Assembly (NCBI GenBank): GCA_014905635.1
Contig: JABVCE010000014.1
Coordinates: 124,001-188,000, forward strand
Length of the DNA stretch: 64,000 bases
Source of the DNA: Scenedesmus sp. PABB004
Lineage: Eukaryota
Direction of reading: 5' to 3'
In this document: one piece after another, positions 47,516 to 58,394 of the stretch
Layout: each line of letters begins with the position of its first letter
Numbering within the stretch: position 1 is the stretch's first letter
Translations under genes and position numbers: made by a program
Notes under the pieces: model-generated
The model's database searches: none
Told to the model about the DNA's origin: nothing
What the model saw: only the letters and a program-made list of their open reading frames with translations

Positions 47516-48104
47516 TCAGCGCCGGCTGGGGCTGAGGCTCTTGCTCTCCATCTCCTCCACCAGGCGGTCCAGCTCCGGCCCCGCGCCGATCGCCTCGAGC
47601 TCCTGCGGCGTCGGCAGCGGCGCGTGAGCGCCCGCCGCCCCGCGCCGCGCGCCCCGCGCGGCGCGCGCGCGCGCGCGCGCGCACGCGCACGCGCACGCGC
47701 ACGAGCACACACACGCGCACGGCCGCACCTGCGGGCCGAGGAAGAGCCCCCACGGCACGCCGCCGTACTTCTCGCTGTGGTGCAGCCGGTGCGCGACGGT
47801 CACGCGCTTCATGTACGGCAGCTCCGCGATCGGCCCGGTCGGGAAGCGCTTGTGCACGAGGCCGTCGTGCACAAACATGTAGGCGATGCCAAAGAGCGTG
47901 ATGCCGAGCCCCGCGCCAAACGCGAGCGAGCCGGGCAGCGTGGGCGAGAGGAAGCCGTAGAGGCAGAGACCGATCGCGGGCGCGGCGTTGACGAGCGCGT
48001 ACACGTCGTTGGCCTGGCGGCGGGACGGGCGGACGGCAGGGGCGGGAGGGCGAGGGAGGGAGGGAGTGAGAGGCCGCGGCGGCCACGGGCGTGGCGGCGC
48101 AGCG

Positions 48105-48145
<41 letters not shown>

Positions 48146-49123
48146 AGAGAGCGCGGCGGCGGCGGCGGTTGGCGCACCTCGAACGGGCCGACGCGCGGCT
48201 CGTGGTGGCTCTTGTGCAGCGACCACCCGGGCGCAAAGTCGTGCCAGAGCGCGCGGTGCGCCCAGCGCGCCCACATCTCCATGCCCACCACGCCGCCGAC
48301 GACGAGCGCGAGCGTGCCTGCGCGCGCGCGGCGGTGGCGGCGGCGTCAGGTTGGCGCGCGGGGGCGCGGGGCGCGCGCCGCCGCCGCCGGGAGACTCGCG
48401 GAGAGGCGAGGGGCGGCGGCCGCGGCTGCAGCAGCAGGGCGCGCACCGGCCATGTCGATCCAGGGGAACGCGGCGTCGGGGCCGGCCATGTGGCGGCTAA
48501 ACTTGTAGTACGTCGCGAGCACCGCGAGCGCCGACACGCCCGTCGTCGCCGCGATGGCGCTGACCTGGTACGTCAGCTGCTGCCTGCGCGGCGGCGGCGC
48601 GCGGCGGCCGCGGCGGCTCGGACGGGCGCGGCGCGCGTGCGTGCGCGCGCTGCGGCGCTGCCCGCGGCGCTGCCCACCTGCGGCGCGCCAGCCGCCGCGT
48701 GGCGGTGCGCTTGGCGAACTCCAGGTTCTCCGCCAGCTGCTGCACGTCCGCGCCCAGCGACTGCTGCGGCTCCTGCGGCGCGGTGCGGCGGGGCGGCGGG
48801 CGGCGCGGCGGCCAGGGTGGGCGCTCGCCCGGCGGCCGGCGGCGCGGCCGGCGCGCAGGGGGAGCGTCCCACACGGCGGACAAGCTGCATCCGGGCGCGC
48901 GCGCCGCGCTGGCGCCGCATTGTGAGCTCGGGCCGGTGCGCACCGCGCGTTCATCTGCTGCCGCCCGCGCGGCCACGCCCGCGCCCGGCCGGCAGCGGCG
49001 GTCGGCGCTGGAGCCTGGGCAGGGTGCCAGGGCAGCTACCAGCAGCCTCCGCTGGGCGCCGGGCCCGCAGCGGGACAGCAGCGCCTGGTGCGCTGCGGCC
49101 GGGTGGCTGGCCAGCGCCGCCAT
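47516..49123 (-). CDS. CHYB: Beta-carotene 3-hydroxylase (non-heme di-iron, CHYB/BCH/CrtZ)
   Basis: VGMEMWARWAHRALWH, LHKSHHEPRVGPFE|ANDVYA, GLGITLFGIAYMFVHDGLVHKRFPTGPIA, AHRLHHSEKYGGVPWGLFLGPQ|EL; His boxes intact. Confidence 0.96.
48106..48150. repeat. (GA)n microsatellite in a CHYB intron
   Basis: gagagagaga... run; a similar tract lies at ~60987-61032 in a starch synthase intron. Confidence 0.85.
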
Positions 49124-49568
49124 GCCGCTCCGCCGGCTGCTGCGTGCCCGCGGGCGAACTGCGCGACGACGACGGGCCGAGCTGTGGCCGCCGCGCGCGG
49201 GTTGGCGGGCGCGGGCGCTGGTCCACGCGCAGCGCGTGGCCACGACGCTGGCGACGCTGGCGACGCGCTGGCGACGCTGGCGAGTGTCCGATCTGAGCGA
49301 CGCACCGCAGGGGCACGCAGCGCGGGCCTGCGCGGGTCACTGGCTCGGACCGCAGCTGACAATCGCCGCACGCAGCCAGGCTCGCTGCCCGGCGCCTTGT
49401 CAGTCACTTCCCCTCCCGCCCGCCCTCCCAGCCGCAATTGGCCCCGTCAACTCCCCGATCCGCCCCAGATCCGCGCCGCCGCGCGCGCCGGCCGACGGCG
49501 CCGCGCTCGACGCCCGCCGCCGCCGCGCAGCTGCCGCCGCAGCGGCCCGCTCCCCGGCGCGCCGCCGC

Positions 49569-49996
49569 ATGATGCAGGCGCTGGCCGCCGCAGCGGCCGC
49601 GCTGGGGCCGCTGGAGGGCGCGGCGCTCGCTGGCGGCGCGGCGCTGCTCGCGCTGCCGCGGCCGCGGAGCCTGCTCATCGGCGCGCTCGACACGGTCCTC
49701 GCCACGCTGCTGCTGCTGTGCCTGGTCGCCGCCCTGCTGGCGCTGCCGCTCGGTGCGGCACACCGCAGCGGCGCAGCCGGCGCAGCGCCGGCGCAGCCGG
49801 CGCGCCGGCGGCGCTGCCGTGTGTGCAGCGGCGCGCGCCACCACCGACGGCGCCACCGCCACCACCACTGCCCCCGCCGCACGCAGGCGCGCTGTATTTG
49901 GCGCTCCGGGGCGCGGCGTTCGTGCTGCGCTCCGCGGCCACCCTGCCGCGCGTGGCGGAGCTGGGCGCCGCGCTGACGGCGCTCGTCAAGTCGTAG
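49569..49996 (+). CDS. Small hydrophobic membrane protein (~95 aa), 2 exons
   Basis: MMQALAAA...LLIGALDTVLATLLLLCLVAALLALPLG|ALYLALRGAAFVLRSAATLPRVAELGAALTALVKS*; intron gtgcgg...cgcag ~49753-49886. Confidence 0.6.
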
Positions 49997-50491
49997 GCGC
50001 AGCGGCGCGGGCCCCGCGCGCACCGCGCACGACGGCAGGTGTATATGCACTGCGGGTATGCGCGTGGGCCGCCCCGATTGATTGGGTGATTGGTCGCCGG
50101 CGGCGGCGGCGCCTGCGCGCGCCGCGCCGCGTCACTGAGCAGGCCGTTGGAACGCGGGCCGCGTTCGAGCAGGACTTGAGGCGTGTGTGTTGCGTTCTTG
50201 TGTGTTCGGACAAGCTGTGCTTGTCCGAACCGCTCCTGCTCTCAGTTCAGCCGGGGGCCGGCGGCCCATGCGTGTGCGTGACTGATTGTGTTATGCGCGT
50301 TATGCGTGTGCCCGCGTGCGCACGGGCTGAGCACGTGCGCGCTGTGCCTGCGCGCGCTGCCGCGCCCTGGCGCCGCTCGCGGTGTGGATGTGGGTGTGCG
50401 TGCGCCAGCTGCAGCTGGGCAGGCGCGCGCCGCAGAGGCGCGCCCGGGCCTGCGCACAGCTGTGGCACTGACGTGTGTTTAACAAGCTCGG

Positions 50492-53400
50492 TCACAGCGC
50501 CGCGCGGCCGCGCACCGAGGCAGGCGCCGCGTCGACCGACGCGCCGCCGGCCTCCCCAGCGGCGGCCGCCGGCGCGTCCCCGCCCGCGTCGCCGTCGCGT
50601 GCGTCGCCCCAGTCGCCCGCGTCGTCCCAAGCAAAGGTCTCATCGCCGGGCAGCTGCGGCCCGGGCGGCTGCAGACTTGGGCCCACCACCAGATTCTGCG
50701 CGGGCGACGCCTCGGCGAGCGGCGCCACGGCGCCCGCGCTGTGCCGCGGCGGCTGTCGCGGCGACGCCGGCCGCGCCGCGGCGTCCTGCAGGCCCAGCGC
50801 GCGCGTCTGCCGGCTCAGCCGCGGGCCCGCCGCCGCGGCGGGGGCGGTCGCAGCCCAGGCCAGCGCGGGCGCCGCAGGCGCGCCGCCGCCGCCGTCGGCC
50901 AGCTGGGGCGCCGAGCGGCGCGCCAGTCGCCGCAGCAGCGGCACGCGGTCGGCCGCGCCCGCGCCCGCACCTGCGGCGACCACGTCCGCCGACGCGCAGC
51001 GTGGCATCGCCGCGAGCGGCGACGGCAGCGGCCGCCCACTGCCGCCGCCCACCGGGCCGTCGCTGGCCCAGCCCTGGAGGCCGCCGCCGCCGGGCTCCGC
51101 GCAGAGCAGCTGGACGTCGTCACGGCTGACTGTTCTGCTGCTGCCCCTGCTGACCGAGCCGGCGTCGCGGGCGAGCGCCCGTCCCGGCGGCGCCTCGGCC
51201 GTGGAGCGGGCGCTGCCCGCGGCGCTGCCGAGGCGGCTGCTGCCAGCGCTGGTGCTGCCGAGCAGGCGCCGCAACACGCCGAGCAGCCCGCCCCGGCTGG
51301 GCGGCGGCGGCCGCTGCTCGCCGCCTGCCCCCGCCTGCCCGACCGCGTTCCGCCTCGCCGCTGTCGTCATGCTCTGTGCTCCGCCGGCGGCGGCCGGCAG
51401 CGACCAGCCCGGCTGCACGCGCGTCGCGCGGGCGGCCTCCGCGCCGCCAGTGGCGAGCGCCGCGGCCTCGGCCCAGCGCGCGGGCACGGCGGGCGCCCTG
51501 TTGCCCGCCGCCGCCGCCGCGGCGGCCGCCTCGAGCTGCGAGAGGCGGCGCGGCCGGAAGGGCTCGCAAGCCGGCAGCGGCAGCTGCCGCGCCTGGTCGT
51601 CCAGCCCCTCTGCCGTCAGCCGCGCCGAGCCTGGCAGCTGCAACTCGTGTCCCGCGCAGCCCCGCGGCTGCTGCTCCTCCTGCGCCGGCCACCGGTCCCC
51701 CTTTCGCTCCTGCTCGACGCCCTGCTGGTCTTCCGCGCCGGCGCTCGCCCGCTCGCCCGCCGCCGCCGGCTCCTCCCCGAGCTCCTGCGACGGCGCCGGC
51801 TGCGCTCGAGCGCGCTCGGCAGCCTCGTTCACCTGCAGGAGCGGCGCTGCCTCCTCCTCAACCCGGGCGCGCAGTCACACCACGACCGCCCACGCCAGCA
51901 GCGCCGCGGCCAGCAGGCCGCCGAGCACGCCGCCGGCGGGCGCGAGCCACCGCAGCGCGGGCAGCGCCGCGCCGCCGCGCGGCGTGGGCGCCCGTGGCGG
52001 CGGCGCGGGCGGCCGTGGCGGCGCGGGCGCCTCTGGGAAGCCGCGCTGCGGACCGCCGTCGCCAGGGCGGCAGGCCACGCCGCCCCAGCAGGAGGCGTTG
52101 ACGCCGCGGCCAGGCACGAACGGACCCCAGACACTGATGCTGCCGTCGTCCCCGGCGGGCGCGCCGCTGCCCGCCGCGCCGCCGCGAGCTGGTCCGCCGC
52201 TGCCGTCCGCGCTGCCCCACTCCACCACCGCGACGCGGCCCACGACCGGCAGCAGCTCGGCGCCGGCGGCCGCGGCCCCGCCGCCGCCGCTCGCGCCCGG
52301 CCGCGCGCCGGCCAGCCGCCTGCTGGGTGGCGCCCCGGGGCGCCACGCGTCGTCGTCAAACGGGTCGGGCGCCAGCGCCAGGCCGCCGCTCCAGTCGTAT
52401 ACGCCGCTGAACCCAGGGCCCGGATAGCGCGGGCTCAGCAGTGTGAGCGCGCCGCGCACCGCCGGCGCGAGCGTGGCGCCCGCGCCGCCGCCCGCGCCGC
52501 CGCCCGCGGGGCCCGCCGCCGCCGGCGCGGCGGCGCACCGCGTGAACAGGAGGGTGCCGGCGACCTCGAGACCTCGTAAACGCGCCGGCCGCGCCGGCCG
52601 CGGGGTCGAACGTCCAGTTGATCGCGCGGCGCAAACTGAAGTTGCCCGCCACGGGCACGGCCAGCCCGCCCGCCAGCCCGCCGCCGAGGCGCGTGAACGC
52701 GAGGCTGCCGTTGAGCGCGGCGCGGCGCGCCGCGCTCGCGCCGGCGGGCATCAGCGCCGGCCCCAGCGGCGTCACCGTCACGCCTGCGCGGCGCGGCGTG
52801 GGGCGCGGCGTGGGGCCGGGGCGTGGCTGCGCCCGCGTCGGCCGCCGCCGCGCGCGTCGGCCAGCAGCGCCGCCTCGCGCTCGGCCACGGCCGGGCAGCG
52901 CGGCCGCCGGGCAGCGAGCGGAGCGGCCGGGATCTTCGCCGCCGGGCTGCCTGAGCGCGCAGGGCTTGAGCGAGGCAGCAGCCAGGCAGTGGCGGCGCGC
53001 ACCTGACAGGCTGAGATTGCCTCCAATGACCATGGCTGCCGAGCCGCCGGCTGCAGGGGCGTCTGGCGCAGGAGGTGGTGGCGACGCGTCCGGAGGCGGT
53101 GATGCCAGCGGGCTTGTTGGCGGCGGCGGTGGCGACTCGGGCTGCGGCGGTGGAGGGGCGTCGGGGGCAGGAGGTGGCAGCCACGCGTCCGGCCGGGGTG
53201 ATGCCAGCGGGCTTGTTGGCGGCGGCGGTGGCGACTCGGGCTGCGGCGGTGGAGGGGCGTCGGGGGCAGGAGGCGGCGGCGACGCGTCCGGAGGCGGTGA
53301 TGCCAGCGGGCTTGTTGGCGGCGGTGGCGACTCGGGCTGCGGCGGTGGAGGGGCGTCGGGGGCAGGAGGTGGCGGCGACGCGTCCGGAGGCGGTGATGCC

Positions 53401-54698
53401 AGCGGGCTTGGCGGCGGGCTCGCCGGCGCGGGCGGCGGCGGGCTCGGGGGAGGCGGTGGCGGCACCGGCGGCAGCGGAGGCGACGGCCTGCAGGTCAGCA
53501 GCGGCAGCGGCGCGCGCGGTCAGGCGCGGTCAGGCACGGCAGGCTGGCGGTGGGGCGCGCGAGGTCAGCTCAACTTGCGCGGCCGCCCGCGGCGGCCCCC
53601 GGCCGCGCCGCGCCGCGCACACTCACGGCGGCGGCCTTTGCGGCGGCGGCGGGGAGGGCGGCGGCGGCGGCGACAGCGGGGTGGAGATGCTGCCGTCGTG
53701 GGTGCCGCAGACCGCGGTCAGTTTGATCTTGCTGGGGTTGTAGCACGGCGTGCCGCACGACGACGCCTGGACCTGCTTGCACAGCACCGTCACAAAGCTG
53801 CGGCCGCGGCGCGCGCGGCGCGCGGCGCGCGGCCCGCGCGGCGCCGCGGCCGCGGCGCGCGCACGTGCGGCAGGTGGTCGTCGCCGCGCCGGCGCTGCAG
53901 AGGTAGTTGATGCTGGGGCAGGCGCCGCCGAGGCTGAGGCACACGCGCGAGCCGTTGGCGGTCGAGAGGTCGAGGCGGGTCGTGAGGTTCAGCACCCTGC
54001 TCGCGCCCGGCGCGGCGTAGGTCACGCCGCCCGTGACGTCGCTCGCGCCGCCGCCGGCGCTCGCGTTGTACAGCGTCGCCGACGCGACGCTGCCGGCGCA
54101 CGCCGTGCCTGCGCCGCATGGCGCGGCGCGGCGGGCTCGCGCGCGGCGCGGCGCGGCGCGGCCGGCCGGGTGCGCGCCCGCCCGCCTGCCCGCCGCGCGC
54201 GGCCGCGGCTGCGCAGCCGCGGCATGCGGCGGCCCACCCATCTCCAGGCCCATGCCCAGCACGTCCACGCGCTCCAGGCTCCACGCCGTCGTTGGGCACA
54301 GGCTCGCGAGGCTGCCACCGGCCTGCACGAGCGTGAAGCACGCCACTGCCCCCGCGCCGCTCGTCCACTGCAGGCTGACGCCAAACGTGCTCGCGCACTC
54401 CCCGCTCACGTCCGCCTCCCACGGCCACGCCACCGTCGCGGCCGCGAGGCGGCGCAGCGGCCTGCGACGGTTGCGGCGGTTGCGACGGTTGCAGCGCAGT
54501 TGCGACGGTTGCGGCGCGGCGGCTGCGCGCGGCACGAGCCCGCGGTCGCGGGCCGCGCGCCGGCCGGCGGCGCGCAGCCGCCCACCCGCGATCGCCGCCG
54601 GGCGCCGGCGGCGGCGTCCGTTCTGCGGCGGCGGCGCCGCTCGCGAGCGCGCAGGCGGCCAGCAGCAGCGCCAGCCGCCGCGCCGCTGCCGCGCGCAT
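50492..54698 (-). CDS. Pherophorin-domain, proline-rich, single-pass membrane glycoprotein; 3' half interrupted (possibly partly pseudogenised)
   Basis: Signal peptide RRLALLLAACALASGAAA; pherophorin-like VLNLTTRLDLSTANGSRVCLSLGGACPSINYLC; SPn repeats; TM GGVLGGLLAAALLAWAVVV; frame change near 52570 and in-frame TGA at 51875-51877. Confidence 0.65.
53056..53410. repeat. Coding tandem repeat, ~96-99 bp unit, ~3.6 copies (PPPPQPESPPPPPTSPLASPPPDASPPPPAPDA)
   Basis: Recurring gacgcgtccggaggcggtgatgccagcgggcttgttggcggcggcggtggcgactcgggctgcggcggtggaggggcgtc. Confidence 0.9.
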
Positions 54699-54988
54699 CG
54701 CTGCCGGCGGTCGTGCGGCGCCGCGCGGATGCCGGGCGCGCCCAGATGCGCGAGGCCTTCGAACGAGGGCCCCCGTGCGCCCCTCGTGGGCGAGCTGCGC
54801 CGCCGACGGCGGCCGCAGCCGGCGGCCGCGTCGGCGGCGCCGCGAGCGCCACGCGGGCGCGCCGGTCGCGCGAGCGATCGGCGCCCCTCTTTCCCCCCGC
54901 TGCCTTGTGCGCCAGTCGCTGGCACGGGCCGGCGCAAGCCGCCGCTGGCGCGGCGCGCGCGGCGGTGAACCCCGGGGAGACGCACAGG

Positions 54989-54993
54989 TTACA
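54989..54993 (-). promoter_or_regulatory. Putative TGTAA poly(A) signal of LHCA2
   Basis: TTACA on + strand about 265 nt downstream of the LHCA2 stop. Confidence 0.55.
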
Positions 54994-55256
54994 ACACACG
55001 CCGGCGACACTCTTGTCTTGGTACAGAGGCGCGGTGGGTGGGCAGCGCGCGCGCCCACACGCGCTCGCCCGCTGCCTAGAGCCTAGACCACGACCGGGGC
55101 GCTGCCGGCTGCAGCGCCCGCGCCAGCGGAGCGCCGGGGGCCAAAACCTGGCGCGGCGGCGGCCGCCGGGGGCCGCCGCCGCAAAACTGCTGCGCCGCCG
55201 CACGCCTGCGGCGCGGCGCGCCCGCAGGGCAGCAGACGGGGGCCACGGGTGCCCGC

Positions 55257-57167
55257 TTACTCCGCCTTCCAGGGCTGGTTCCAGGGGAACAGCGGCACGC
55301 TCTCGGGCTTGCCCTTGTTGAGGCTCTTGGTGGCTGCGCGCGCGGCGCGGCGGCGGGCGGTGAGCGGGCGCTGGCGCGGGGCCGCGGGCGCCGCCGCGAG
55401 CTGGCCGGCGGTGAGCGGGGCCGCGGGCTGCTGCCGGCCGCGACGCTGAGCGCGCGCGCGCGCACCCTCGATGATGATGGGCCACACGCACAGCAGGGCG
55501 ACGGTGACGCAGGTCTCCTTGCCCACGGAGCTGGTGTAGACTGCGGCGGGGCGGCGGGGCGGGGCGGCGCGCGCGTCGGCCGCGGGCTGCTGCGCCGTCG
55601 CCGCCGCCGCCGCCGCCGGCCCTCCCGCCGGCCGCTGCCGCCCGCGCACTCCTGGCTGCCCGGCCCTCCACACCCTCCAGCCCACGCCCCCCCCCTCTGC
55701 CGCGCATCCAGCTAGCTGGCTACTCACTGTTGTTGTTCCAGGGGTCGGCGATGTGGTCCTTGAGGCAGTCGATCGGGCCCTTGCCGCGCACCGCGGCCTG
55801 GCTGCAGAAGCCAATGAACGCGAGCATCGCGAGCCGCCCGTTCTTGAGCTCGTTCAGCTTCGTCTTCTCGCTGCGCATGCCCATGGGGTCAAACGGGAAG
55901 CTGCCCAGGAAGCCGGTCTGCGCGCGGCGGCACCAGGCGCGGGCGCGGCGTGGGCGCGGTGCGCGTGGCGCCTGCCGCCGCCGCCGCCGCCGCCTGCGCC
56001 GGCCGCCGCCTGCTGCCCCCGCTCCGCTCCGCTGCGCTCCGCTCCAGCCTCCAGCTGCCGCCGCCGCAGGCTCTGCCGGCTGCCGCGCCCGCCCGCCGCC
56101 TCCTGGCGCCGCCGCCGCCCGTGCCGCCGCGCCGCCTGTCCAGCCCTTCCCCGGCGCGGGCTCGCACCTCGCCGGTCTTCTTGTAGCCCTCGTAGCGCTT
56201 GCCCTCCAGGATGGCCATGACCACGACCTCGATCGCCAGCAGCACCTTGTTGTCAATCGGGTACTCCTGCAAGGGAGGAGAGGAGGCGCGGGGCGCGCGT
56301 GGGCGCGCGGGCCCCCCGCGGCCAGCCGCTGCTGGCCGGGCCGCAGCACGGGGCGCCGCGGCTGAGGGCGGCGCTGCCGTGACACGAGCGCGGCGGCGGC
56401 AGCTGCTGGCTGCGCCGCCCCGGGCGGCCGCGATCTGGCGCTCCTGCCGCCGCCGGCGCCGCCGGCCAGCTGCCCGCCGCTGCCGCTGCCGCCGCCGGCC
56501 AGCCGCCCGCCGCCGCCGCCGCCGCGCGCGCGCGCGCGCCGCGCAGAGATCGCGCCGCGCTCGCCGCCGGTCTGCCCGCGGCCGGCGCCGCCCCGCGTGG
56601 CGCCGCCGTCGCCGCGCCCCCGCTGCGCGCGTGCGCACCTCGGCGCCCGCGAGCCAGAACTTGGGGAGGCCGACCAGGTCGGTGAAGAGGATGCCCGCGA
56701 CCGCGGCCATCGCCCAGCGGCCGTTGGTGAGCTCGCCCTCGCGGTAATACTTCAGGTTCTCCGGGTTGGTGCCCAGGCGCAGCGGGTCGAAGCCTGGGGC
56801 GTCGCCGGCGCGCGGCGGGGCGTCGCCGGCGCAGCGCGCGGCGCGATCGCCGCGCCGCGCTGCTGCGCTGGCGCCGCCGCGCGCCGCCGCGGCCGCGCCG
56901 GCGCCGGCAGCCCCCGGCAGCGCGCACCGTAGTCGCCCAGCATGGAGCCGTCCAGGTGCTTGGGCGGGGTGGCCCCGGGGTACCTGCGCGGGGCGGGAGG
57001 GGCGTTGATGGGCCTGGATGGCCCCCGCCCGCGCTGCACCGGGATCTGGGCGCGGCGACCGCGGCTCACCAGGTGGGGCGGGACGCGGCGCGCACCACCA
57101 CGCTGCTGCGGCGCGCGGCCGAGGGCGCCACGCGGCCGGCCAGGGAGGTCCTCATGGTGAGCGCCAT
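55257..57167 (-). CDS. LHCA2: Photosystem I light-harvesting protein, chlorophyte Lhca2 type (extra C-terminal TM helix)
   Basis: [80 protein letters not shown] and C-terminal [24 protein letters not shown]...[10 protein letters not shown] characteristic of Chlamydomonas-type Lhca2; 6 introns. Confidence 0.93.
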
Positions 57168-58099
57168 GGTGGGCGGGGCGGCGTGGGGGCGGGGGCGTGG
57201 GTCCGTGGGTCGCAGCCGCGTCGCACGCGGGGCCGTGCGCGCGGCGCGAGGTCGGCTGGACAGCAGATTAAGCCGCAGAACCCTTGGCTCGCATCTCGCG
57301 CCTATCTTGGCTCGGTTGCTGCCCTCCACCGCTCGCCAACGCCGACGCGAGAGGCTGCGCCGCCGCCCGCGCCGGCGGGCAGGCGGGCGCGGCGCGCGGG
57401 CGCGCCTCGCCGCGCCGCGCTCGCTTGCCGGCGGCGCTGGCCGGCGCGACACGCCGGCGCAGGCGTGCCGGCGCGCTGGCCGGCCTGGTCCGAGCTGGCT
57501 GTGCGGAGCTGGAGAGCTCGCGGCTGACGAGCGAGCTCGAGGCGCCCGCCTGCGCCGCAGCGCGCGGGACTTTCGGGGAAAGCACGACCAGCGAGCCTTG
57601 GCGCCGGCCGCCCCGACACGCGTCGTCGCACCGCGCCGCCGCTCCAGTTTGGAGTGTGTCTGCCCCCAGGCGGACCCGCGCCGCCGGGTGGGCGCCAGCC
57701 GGCGGAGCGCGCCGCGCCACTCCGCGCGCTGCCAGCGGCTGCTGGCCGCTGCAGGTGGCCGCCACGGCCGGCGCGGCGCGCCGGCGGGCTGGCGCGGACA
57801 AGGGCGGCGCGTGGCAGGCTGGCGGAGCTCTGGGCCCCAGTTCTTGAGCAAGCGAGCTCAGGGGCGGGCGGCCGCAGCGCGGCGAGGCGCCGCCCACCAC
57901 GACCCGCGCCGCAGGGCTCGCGCCGCCCCGACACGTCGCGGCGCGCCGGCGGTCGATGCGCGCGGCGCCGCCGCTCGCCCTGCCCCTCCGCCCAGGCGCT
58001 GTGCTGCCACTCGGACGGGACGCACCAGCCAGAGACGCGGCAGCGCACGGAGGCAGCGCCAGGCACCTGCTCGCCCCGCTCGCACCAGCCGGCGCGCGC
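57113..58099 (-). repeat. Block A' (inverted copy of 42493-43476), containing the LHCA2 promoter region and start
   Basis: Reverse-complement colinearity with block A. Confidence 0.95.
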
Positions 58100-58101
58100 A
58101 T

Positions 58102-58394
58102 GCGCGCGCCGTGTCTGCACAGCCCCCATGCGGGCGCGCCCGCCTTGCCGCGACACGACGGCTGTACTCTAGCGAGTGGCGCGCGGACGCCGCATTGGCG
58201 CGCGCGGCGGACTCTGATCGGCTGCCTGGAACGCTGACCAAAAGCGGGAGGCAACATACTCTCGGTTGCCGCGCGGCACACGCCGCCGCCCGCCCGTCAG
58301 AGCCCGTGCGCGGCCGCCCTGCTGAAGCTGCTTATGCTTGATGTACACGCCGGCCGGGGTCGGTGCGCGTCGGCACCCCCGCAGCGCTGTGGCC
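58102..58394 (-). repeat. Block C' (inverted copy of 43497-43788)
   Basis: Reverse-complement colinearity with block C. Confidence 0.93.

Noticed and set aside
51875..51877. TGA as selenocysteine or a reassigned stop codon
   Set aside because: The context is not a redox Cys motif, I could not identify a SECIS, and TGA terminates most conserved genes in this window at the expected position.
53056..53410. Regular repeats as a CRISPR-like array
   Set aside because: No unique spacers; it is a coding tandem repeat for a Pro-rich stalk in a eukaryotic gene, and there are no cas genes.
42493..58394. Long inverted repeats as terminal repeats of a transposon or composite element
   Set aside because: The order is A-C...A'-C' rather than nested, no target-site duplication or transposase was seen, and block A contains host LHCA2 coding sequence.
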